Positions 43,899 through 52,018 of a stretch of DNA of 64,000 nucleotides are shown in pieces. The DNA comes from Candidatus Poribacteria bacterium (lineage in GTDB: Bacteria; Poribacteria; WGA-4E; WGA-3G): assembly GCA_964291315.2 (NCBI GenBank), contig OZ219753.1:512001-576000 (forward strand), given 5' to 3'. Positions within the stretch are counted from its first letter, which is position 1. Each line of letters starts with the position of its first letter. Position numbers and translations under genes: made by a program. The notes under the pieces are model-generated. The model was not told the origin of the DNA. It saw only the letters and a program-made list of their open reading frames with translations, and did not search any database.

Positions 43899-44762
43899 AT
43901 GCCCAAAATTTTAAACTGCTCTATCTCTCTTTTCTTGATCATTTTGCTTTATTTGTTCTTTAGTTCCGAGGCGATATCGGAGGAACTTCCGTTATCCATC
44001 GGAAGATATCTCGCCGCGCACGGAAATTATGATGCCGCCGTTACTGAGTATAAACGTTTTCTTTTTTTCCATCCAGAGGATGCCCGTGTTGGAGAGGTAT
44101 ATCGCAATATCGGGCTCGCTTACAGGGCACAAGGCTTGTGGACGGAGGCAATCACCGCATTGAGAATAGCAACACAGCACGCCACAGATGATGAATCAAA
44201 GTCAGAATATCAATTGCTACTTGCAGTAACACTCATCGCTATGCAGGATTACGACCTTGCCCAATTGGAATTGATTAAAGTGATGCTGCGCAGTCCATCC
44301 GCATCGCTTTACCGCAGAGCGTTATTTTTGAGAGCCGTCGTCTATATCTACCAGTTCCGATGGAATGAGGCACGCACACTCCTAGAAAACTGGAAAACTG
44401 ATGAAAAACTGGATCGACTTTTTGATGCAGCGATGAATACGCCTCAGAAGTCAACTGATGTGGCAAAGAGGTTATCGACCGTTTTCCCTGGGGCAGGACA
44501 AACCTACGCTGGTAATTGGCACAGCGGGTTAAACGCACTACTATTAAACAGCACACTTGGTCTCCTTACCGTTGATGCTGCGGTAGACAAGCGCTATGCT
44601 GATGCTCTATTATGGGGCGGACTTGCTTTCTGGCGTTATTATCGAGGAAACACCTTTCGCGCCGAACAAGCAGCACTACAGTTCAATCAACAACGAATTG
44701 AACAAGCCGCGGAAGCGATCTTACAGCGCCTTCAAGAAATCGCTAATGCCCCGCAACAGTGA
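43899..44762 (+). CDS. Exported TPR protein with DUF5683/TM2-like segment (paralog of 36481..37422)
   Basis: GNYDAAVTEYKRFLFFHP; KS..VAKRLSTVFPGAGQTYAG. AGGAG RBS before ATG 43899. Confidence 0.75.
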   Translation: MPKILNCSISLFLIILLYLFFSSEAISEELPLSIGRYLAAHGNYDAAVTEYKRFLFFHPEDARVGEVYRNIGLAYRAQGLWTEAITALRIATQHATDDESKSEYQLLLAVTLIAMQDYDLAQLELIKVMLRSPSASLYRRALFLRAVVYIYQFRWNEARTLLENWKTDEKLDRLFDAAMNTPQKSTDVAKRLSTVFPGAGQTYAGNWHSGLNALLLNSTLGLLTVDAAVDKRYADALLWGGLAFWRYYRGNTFRAEQAALQFNQQRIEQAAEAILQRLQEIANAPQQ

Positions 44763-44902
44763 AATAGGAACTCTTCCTATTTTCTTGTAGCAACAAGTCC
44801 TACTCGTGACTTTCTAGAGATTACAATGTTTTACCATTCAGAAGACTGCCTCCTGCTGTTAGGGATCATCTCACCTTCGAGGCCTTCCTTGAAGGGCGAC
44901 TC

Positions 44903-46807
44903 CTAAGCCCGTTCTACCTCCGAACGTTTCTGGGCAATATAGACCGCTGCAACAAGCATTAGAGAAAGAACAAACGTCCAGATATTGTAGATATAGGCGA
45001 GAAACGCTGCAAGGGCAAGCATTACCCATTCATACCAATGCATCTTTCGGACGAAGTAACCCATTGTCACAATTGAAAAGATCGCCGTCCCCACAACCGC
45101 GCTTACCACAGACAGCATGTATTGCGTAAATGTGCCATCTGTAAATAGAATGTGTGTATATGCAAATAACAGCGGCATGATGTAAAGTAGTTTAGCGAAC
45201 TTAAAACATGCCCACCCTGTCTTCCACGGATCAGCACGCGCAATAGCAGCCCCCGCATAGGCGCTAAGAGCAACCGGAGGTGTTATGTTTGAATCTTGAC
45301 TCAACCAGAAGATAATCAGATGCGCGGCGATGACAGATATGCCCATCTCAGGTGTCGTTAAAATCGGTACTGCAAGCTCAGAGGTAATTAAGTACGCAGC
45401 CGTGACAGGGATACCCATACCTAGCACTAAGGAGGCACCGGCGAGAAATAGAATCGCGACGGTCTTATTGGTACCCGCAACACTTAACACTAGCTCGGGG
45501 AATATCCGGCCCAAGCCCGTTAAGTCAATAACTGCAACGATAATACCAATAGTGCCAACTGCACCGCCTATTGCCAGCGAATTCTTCGCCCCGCCTACCA
45601 TCGCTTCCCATATCCGCTTTGGCGTTAATCTTGTGTCTGGACGGATATAACTCACTGCAATCGTGACCAGAATCGCGAAAAAAGCTGCTTTGTAGGCAGT
45701 ATATCCGGCAATGAGCATCCCGATCAGAGTGAACAAAGGCAGTAAATAGAACCAATCCTGCTTAAGCAGTAGAAAAAATCTCGGTGTTTCTGTTTCAGGT
45801 ATGCGATCAAGTCCCTCTTTCTTCGCTTCAAAGTGAACCATCAACCAAACAGATAGAAAATAGAGGGCTGCTGGCACGATAGACAAGAGTGCAATTTGAC
45901 TGTATGGCAGCCCAGTTCGCTCCGCAATCAGAAACGCACCTGCCCCCATCACCGGCGGTAAAAACTGCCCGCCTACAGAAGCAGATGCCTCGATCGCACC
46001 AGCGACATGTGCGCGGAAACCTGTCCGTTTCATCAGCGGAATGGTGAACGTTCCCGTCGCAACAGTATTCGCAATCGCGCTCCCTGCAACCGAACCAAAA
46101 AAACCGGAGGTCATCACAGAAACCTTCGCAGCACCGCCTATGGAACGACCAGCGATGGACATCGGCAGGTTGATAAAGAACTGACCAACACCCGATTTTT
46201 CCAGAAATGCTCCGAAAAAAATAAAGAGAATCACGTATGTTGCCATTACGTTTGCCATGATGCCGAAAACACCGGCCTGATTGAAAAAGCAGTGCTCAAC
46301 AATACGGCGCACTGTAAAACCCTTGTGGGCAAATGCATCAGGCACGTACCTGCCGAAGAGGGCGTATAAGATACCTATCACAGCGATAATAGGTAATGCC
46401 CACCCTACGGTTCGACGACTCACCTCAAAACTTATCACGATCGCGACAGTCCCCACGAAAATATCGAGTCGGCTGTAATTACCAGCTCGGGTGGCAAGCT
46501 CTGGATACTCTACAATCCAATATCCGATGGTAAAAATGCTACAGATGATGAGCGTGAGATCTAACAAAGAAGGCCGAGCTGACGGCGAAACTTGCCGACA
46601 CACGTACAGCACCCCAATCAGCACGTGGGTAAGGAGCAGATAGACACCGATGTGATACTGTTCACTAGCACTTCCAAAACCTGCACTATAGAGGTAAAAA
46701 AGAACGAGGCAAGCTGCACCAACCTCAAATATCCATCTGTATACAGGTTTCAAGTCTGTTCGCTGCGTCTTGAGACCCGTAACCTCTCCTGTTTCTGATT
46801 GTCTCAT
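44903..46807 (-). CDS. TRAP transporter fused 4TM/12TM permease (TAXI type)
   Basis: GGAAKVSV, GSAIANTVATGTFTIPLMK, ASVGGQFLPPVMGAGAF, ITPPVAL. Confidence 0.92.
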   Translation of the reverse strand: MRQSETGEVTGLKTQRTDLKPVYRWIFEVGAACLVLFYLYSAGFGSASEQYHIGVYLLLTHVLIGVLYVCRQVSPSARPSLLDLTLIICSIFTIGYWIVEYPELATRAGNYSRLDIFVGTVAIVISFEVSRRTVGWALPIIAVIGILYALFGRYVPDAFAHKGFTVRRIVEHCFFNQAGVFGIMANVMATYVILFIFFGAFLEKSGVGQFFINLPMSIAGRSIGGAAKVSVMTSGFFGSVAGSAIANTVATGTFTIPLMKRTGFRAHVAGAIEASASVGGQFLPPVMGAGAFLIAERTGLPYSQIALLSIVPAALYFLSVWLMVHFEAKKEGLDRIPETETPRFFLLLKQDWFYLLPLFTLIGMLIAGYTAYKAAFFAILVTIAVSYIRPDTRLTPKRIWEAMVGGAKNSLAIGGAVGTIGIIVAVIDLTGLGRIFPELVLSVAGTNKTVAILFLAGASLVLGMGIPVTAAYLITSELAVPILTTPEMGISVIAAHLIIFWLSQDSNITPPVALSAYAGAAIARADPWKTGWACFKFAKLLYIMPLLFAYTHILFTDGTFTQYMLSVVSAVVGTAIFSIVTMGYFVRKMHWYEWVMLALAAFLAYIYNIWTFVLSLMLVAAVYIAQKRSEVERA

Positions 46808-47008
46808 TCTGCCCCCAACATAATCGCTTTTTCTGATATGCAAAAACATTTGCCTATTTTGCAGAAATATGATACAATATACATAAGAGAACTCCACTTG
46901 GAGAAAATATAATAAAATTATTATACCAAAGCGGTTCTCTTTAGACAAAGAAAACAGTCAGATATTTATCAAACTCATATTAATTTGAAAAAAAAAAATT
47001 AAAAAAAC

Positions 47009-47038
47009 TTGACAAATTAAATGGGTTTGTGGTATCAT
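47009..47038 (+). promoter_or_regulatory. sigma70-like promoter followed by a structured 5' leader
   Basis: TTGACA-18 nt-TATCAT with an A-rich upstream element; three hairpins at 47059-47177. Confidence 0.5.
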
Positions 47039-47202
47039 TAACTATGTGTTAGCTGGAAAAGCAGGTAAAATGTAAATAACCTGCTTAAAGATGAGAAATA
47101 TAATGGACAACACGGTTATGACCGGAAGTCCACTTTAGTAGATTCCCACCCCTACTTCGGTGAAGGTAGATGGGGAAAAACGCAACAGAGGAGTACTTTC
47201 CA

Positions 47203-47841
47203 ATGAAAACGTATGTGACGATCCCGAAACTCGTCATCGCAGTGCTCGCTATTGTCGCCTGCAGCTTCACGCCGCACGCTTGGAGTAAGGCACAAACTAG
47301 CTTTAATAGTCCCTCGGCTACGCTGCAAGTAGAAGCAGACCGGCAATTTATCACAGAACCCGAGGCGAAACCGACAGCACCCGGCAGATTGGCGAAACCT
47401 CACGGGACAGTGGGCTTACAATTTATCACAGAGCCCGAGGCGAAACCCGCGGAACCAGGCGAGCTGGAGCCTGCCCTTGTGCGTGCCAGACAACAAGAGC
47501 TAGCAGATCGCCTGCTTTTGCTATCTGAAAAGCAGCTGGCGGTTCCGAAGCAGTCGGCATTGCTGACAAACTATCCGAACCCGTTCAACCCCGAGACCTG
47601 GATCCCGTACGATCTTGCAGATGCTGCTGAAGTCAAAGTGTCCATTTATGCGGCAGATGGCAGCTTAGTTCGGACGCTCTCCTTAGGGCACCAAGTAGCA
47701 GGTGTCTACCAGAGCAAGTCTCGTGCAGCGTATTGGGACGGGCGCAACGACGCGGGTGAGTCTGTTGCAAGTGGACTCTATTTCTATACGCTTGAAGCAG
47801 GTTCCTTCGCTGCAACCCGTAAAATGTTGATAATGAAGTAG
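47203..47841 (+). CDS. Small secreted protein consisting almost solely of a FlgD-Ig/T9SS type-A-like CTD
   Basis: GAGGAG RBS, signal peptide, 2x QFITEPEAKP, then LLTNYPNPFNPETWIPY...AAYWDGRN...SGLYFYTL...RKMLIMK. Confidence 0.85.
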   Translation: MKTYVTIPKLVIAVLAIVACSFTPHAWSKAQTSFNSPSATLQVEADRQFITEPEAKPTAPGRLAKPHGTVGLQFITEPEAKPAEPGELEPALVRARQQELADRLLLLSEKQLAVPKQSALLTNYPNPFNPETWIPYDLADAAEVKVSIYAADGSLVRTLSLGHQVAGVYQSKSRAAYWDGRNDAGESVASGLYFYTLEAGSFAATRKMLIMK

Positions 47842-47920
47842 TTAAGAATAACGTGAGTTTAATTATAGGGAGGCTCTTTGTTGGTTAGCGAGAGCTTTTG
47901 CAGAGTCGAATGGATTATAC

Positions 47921-47978
47921 TGCAAGCGTTGCAGAGGCACAGATGGACAGTCTATGCTACAAGTCCCTTGCAGATGCA
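47921..47978. repeat. Copy of the ~37-bp dispersed repeat (reverse orientation)
   Basis: GCAGAGGCACAGATGGACAGTCTATGCTACAA matches the reverse complement of 5595-5626. Confidence 0.7.
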
Positions 47979-48052
47979 CCTTGCAGGTTATGGGACAAAA
48001 GAGTCTCCCTATATGTTTTTTCAAAGTCATGTTAGGCCTAAGGAGGCATAAA

Positions 48053-51000
48053 ATGCGAAGAACATTAGTGGTTCTCTCTGTGCTTGCCGCGTTTATGTTT
48101 GCGAGCGTCCCGTTCGCAGCGGCAGAATGGCAAGAGAACCTGGTAACCAATAACACGCTCAAAGCGCTCTATGTGATCAAGAGCACTTGGCGGGCAGCGG
48201 ATGATAACAAAGGTATCCCCGCAGGGTTCTTGACCCGCGGCTCATACCGCATCCTGCCCGGGAAGTCCAAGTTGTTCTATTCCTGGGACACCAACAGCAT
48301 CTATTTCCGTATTTCAAACGCAGAGCATGCGATAAAAGCGAACAGCGGCACGACGGCTTTTGCGTTCTGGGCTCATCCGAATCGCGCCTTCCGCGTTGTC
48401 TCACAGACGCTCGATACCTCTGTGACAACGGGTCAGCTGCTTTACTCTGATCGTTCGCCGGATCAGTTGGCTCAATTGGAGGGATTTGTCAGCTATACGG
48501 GTGGCTCCGAAGTGGTTGTCACTCCGGAGTGGGTGTTGCTAGATGGGCAGCCGACTGCTCCGCCAAATGACGAGCTCGGAGACGATGGCGGGTCGCCCGT
48601 TGAAGATGTTGCTCCGCCTGCGTGGGTAGAGAACATCGTAAGAAATGAGCGGGAAGAAGAGATATATGTTGTCTTTGCCACCTGGAAGGTTGAGAAGCCG
48701 AGGAAGGGGTGGCCTGAAGGGTTTCGGACGCGTGGCAGCTATCGTATCCCTCCGGGTAAAGGTAGAGTGTTTCATTCGTGGGAGGATAACGAGTCTTTTT
48801 TCCACATATCAAACGCGGATGGTGCGTTAAAACCGGAGAGCAGCAGTGGCACCTTCGAGTTCTGGGTTCATCCGAATAAGAAGTTTCGTATTGTGTCGGG
48901 TCAGTTCGAGAATGGTGTAACGCAGGAGGAGCTGCTGTATTCGGATCGTGCGAAGGAGGAGTTAGAGCACTCGGACGGCTTTATGTTATACGAGACCGGG
49001 GATAGTGGTGCTGAAGTGGTCGTTACTTCTGACTGGGTGTCGGTGTCTACTCTCCCACCTCCTCCGCCTCCTCCCGCTCCCGCCGTTCCTGAAGGTATGG
49101 TCTTGATCCCCGCTGGCACCTTCCAGATGGGTGCGCCCGGTACTTTTGAAAGCCCTGTTCATTCTGTTACTTTAGATGCGTTTTATATGGATACGCATGA
49201 AGTGACGAACACGGAATACGCTGCGTTCCTCAATGCAAAGGGCAAACATACCGATGGAAATAATACCTGGATCCGTCTTAGCGGTTCCAATAATAGTGTG
49301 AAGATTAGGTTATCCAATGGTAGATATACGCCGGTAGCGGCCTATGCAAATCATCCAGTTGCTCATGTGAGTTGGTATGGTGCGATGGCGTATGCGGAGT
49401 GGGCAGGTAAGCGGCTGCCGACGGGGGCAGAGTGGGAGTATGCTGCACGCGGCGGCTTAGTCGGTCAGACATACCCCTGGGGCAACGACGGCAATAATTC
49501 CCAGAATCGTGCCAACATGCGCTTCGGGTTTAAGTATGACTCCATGCCAGTCGGCAGTTATGCAGCCAACGGCTACGGATTGTATGATATGGCAGGGAAT
49601 CATCAGGAGCTGTGTTTAGACACCTACACCGCCTATTCGAGCGGGGCAAAGACGAACCCTGTGAGAGGTGCGACCAGTATCCAAGCACTATTGGCTAGCT
49701 ATAAAACGGCTAAAGGTGCTCGCGAGGTTCGTGGGGGGCACTGGGATTCCAGTCTTCCGGGCATTAAGGTTCATTATCGCCAGGGCATCAAGATCGGCGG
49801 TGATAACTCCGTCACCGGTTTCCGTTGTGTGAAGCCTGTATCTAGCCCCTCTACGAACAGTAACGATAACGATGCTGTCGAGACAACCCCGACACCTGTC
49901 GAGACAACCCCGACACCTGTTGTAACACCTGTCGAGACACCTGCAGGCATGGTCTTGATTCCCGCTGGCACCTTCCAGATGGGCGGGTCCGGTTTTGAAT
50001 CTCCCGTTCATTCTGTTACTTTAAATGCGTTTTATATGGATGCACATGAAGTGACAAACACGGAATACGCTGCGTTCCTCAATGCAAAGAGGAAACATGC
50101 CGATGCAGGGAAGACCTGGATCTATCTCAGTGGTAACAATAATAGGGTGAAGATTAGGTTATCAAGCGGTACGTATACAGTGAAAGCGGGTTATGGAAAT
50201 CACCCCGTTGCTCATGTGAGTTGGTATGGTGCGATGGCGTATGCGGAATGGGCAGGCAAGCGGCTGCCGACGGGGGCAGAGTGGGAGTATGCTGCACGCG
50301 GCGGCTTAGCCGGACAGACATACCCCTGGGGCAACGACGGAAATAGTCTCGGGAATCGTGCCAACATGCGCTTCGGGTTTAAGTGGGATTCCATGCCAGT
50401 CGGCAGTTATACGGGCAACGGCTACGGGTTGTATGATATGGCAGGGAATCATCAGGAGTTGTGTTTAGACACCTACACCGCCTATTCAAGTGGTGCCAAG
50501 ACGAATCCCCTGAGGGATGCTAACAGTAGTATCCAAGCGCTATTGGCTAACTATTTAGCGGCTACAGGTACCCGTGAGGTTCGTGGGGGTCACTATGATT
50601 CCAGTGGTGGAGACATTGCGGTTTATGCTCGCCGGGGCATCATGATCGGAGGTTCTAACTCCGTGACCGGTTTCCGTTGTGTTATACCTATCGCCCCTGC
50701 TAACAATAACAACAATGATGGGGAGTCCCAGGCCCAGGCACCTGTTCAGACACCTGTCAAGGTGCCTGTCAAGAAAACCCCGACACCTGTTGTAACACCT
50801 GTTGTGACACCCACGCTACCGCCGGGCATGGCGCTGATCCCCGCTGGCACGTTTAAGATGGGCAGCACCACGGGCGATGCGGATGAACGCCCTGTTCACA
50901 CTGTCACTTTAGATGCGTTTTATATGGATACACATGAAGTGACGAACACACAGTTCGCGGCATTCCTTACTGCAAAGGGCAAACACATCGACGCAGGGAA

Positions 51001-51565
51001 GACCTGGCTCGATATGTCAGATCCCGCCATAGGCATTGGGCTGGTAGCAGGGCAGGAAACCCCAACCTATCAAGCCAAGTCCGGTCATGGGAACCGGCCT
51101 GTCATTAGAGTCACTTGGCATGGTGCGAGAGCGTATGCGAAGTGGGCAGGCAAAGAGCTCCCCACGGAAGCACAATGGGAGTATGCTGCGCGCGGTGGGT
51201 TAGTTGGGAAACTATACCCCGGCGGCGACACCATAGACGCTACGAAGGCAAACTATGGTCAGAACGTAGGTAGCACGACGGACGTTGGCAGTTATGCGGC
51301 GAATGGTTATGGTCTCTATGACATGGCTGGGAATGTCTGGGAGTGGTGTCTGGATACGTATGACGATGTGTTCTATCAGAGTTCTCCTACCGCGAACCCG
51401 ATGTCAGGCGATCCAGACACAATGATGGATGATGTCCGTGTCCTGCGCGGCGGCTCGTATCTCTATTCAGCCCAGACGACTCGTGTCGCAAATCGCGACC
51501 GTGGCGCACCGGTGAGTACGGGCAGAGACCTCGGTTTCCGTTGTGTGAAGCCTGTATCTCCGTAA
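48053..51565 (+). CDS. Secreted protein: 2 unknown (DUF1036-like) repeats + 3 FGE-sulfatase/SUMF1 (CLec-fold) domains with Pro/Thr linkers
   Basis: AAGGAGG RBS, signal peptide; three M.LIPAGTF.MG...LPT.A.WEYAARGG...NGYGLYDMAGN...RGG...GFRC units starting at 49097, 49949 and 50828. Confidence 0.9.
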   Translation: MRRTLVVLSVLAAFMFASVPFAAAEWQENLVTNNTLKALYVIKSTWRAADDNKGIPAGFLTRGSYRILPGKSKLFYSWDTNSIYFRISNAEHAIKANSGTTAFAFWAHPNRAFRVVSQTLDTSVTTGQLLYSDRSPDQLAQLEGFVSYTGGSEVVVTPEWVLLDGQPTAPPNDELGDDGGSPVEDVAPPAWVENIVRNEREEEIYVVFATWKVEKPRKGWPEGFRTRGSYRIPPGKGRVFHSWEDNESFFHISNADGALKPESSSGTFEFWVHPNKKFRIVSGQFENGVTQEELLYSDRAKEELEHSDGFMLYETGDSGAEVVVTSDWVSVSTLPPPPPPPAPAVPEGMVLIPAGTFQMGAPGTFESPVHSVTLDAFYMDTHEVTNTEYAAFLNAKGKHTDGNNTWIRLSGSNNSVKIRLSNGRYTPVAAYANHPVAHVSWYGAMAYAEWAGKRLPTGAEWEYAARGGLVGQTYPWGNDGNNSQNRANMRFGFKYDSMPVGSYAANGYGLYDMAGNHQELCLDTYTAYSSGAKTNPVRGATSIQALLASYKTAKGAREVRGGHWDSSLPGIKVHYRQGIKIGGDNSVTGFRCVKPVSSPSTNSNDNDAVETTPTPVETTPTPVVTPVETPAGMVLIPAGTFQMGGSGFESPVHSVTLNAFYMDAHEVTNTEYAAFLNAKRKHADAGKTWIYLSGNNNRVKIRLSSGTYTVKAGYGNHPVAHVSWYGAMAYAEWAGKRLPTGAEWEYAARGGLAGQTYPWGNDGNSLGNRANMRFGFKWDSMPVGSYTGNGYGLYDMAGNHQELCLDTYTAYSSGAKTNPLRDANSSIQALLANYLAATGTREVRGGHYDSSGGDIAVYARRGIMIGGSNSVTGFRCVIPIAPANNNNNDGESQAQAPVQTPVKVPVKKTPTPVVTPVVTPTLPPGMALIPAGTFKMGSTTGDADERPVHTVTLDAFYMDTHEVTNTQFAAFLTAKGKHIDAGKTWLDMSDPAIGIGLVAGQETPTYQAKSGHGNRPVIRVTWHGARAYAKWAGKELPTEAQWEYAARGGLVGKLYPGGDTIDATKANYGQNVGSTTDVGSYAANGYGLYDMAGNVWEWCLDTYDDVFYQSSPTANPMSGDPDTMMDDVRVLRGGSYLYSAQTTRVANRDRGAPVSTGRDLGFRCVKPVSP

Positions 51566-51628
51566 CGTTTTATGCCCTAACGCCTTTTATCATCAGGTAA
51601 ATCGCTAAAGGCATTGAAATACAAAAAC

Positions 51629-51684
51629 GGGCGTGATAGCCAGTAGGACCTCCTGCACAGCTATCACGCCCATTTTCTATTTTT
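51629..51684 (+). terminator. Intrinsic terminator after the FGE-domain gene
   Basis: GGGCGTGATAGC/GCTATCACGCCC 12-bp stem followed by a T-rich tract. Confidence 0.65.
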
Positions 51685-52018
51685 GAGCCATCCAAGTTTT
51701 GAAGTCAACGCCCGGATAGGCAGCATAGTTCACCCAACCGATTGCCTTTTCTCAACCCTATACCTCCTTAAAAAACAGAGTAGGGCGGACGAAAAAATAG
51801 TTTAGGCGCACCTACCGGAGACGAAAATCGTGAAAATAGGACATTATAACAGTTCATGTAAACATAAACCCCCAATTTTCGTTTGTAGTTTAAGAATGAA
51901 TAAAAAAAGTGAGTCTCATAAGCAAACCACTGTTTTCTTTCTCTAAAGAACCTCCTTTTATTGCGATACAACCTTCATATCACAAAAATGCAGTAAACAG
52001 AGAAAACCGAGAATATAG

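Noticed and set aside
44903-46807. TRAP permease without an adjacent TAXI binding protein as a novel system
   Set aside because: Unlinked binding proteins are common; the partner is probably elsewhere in the genome.
51566-52018. DGR template repeat or RT downstream of the CLec gene
   Set aside because: No A-rich copy of the variable segment and no reverse transcriptase ORF were seen here or elsewhere in the window.
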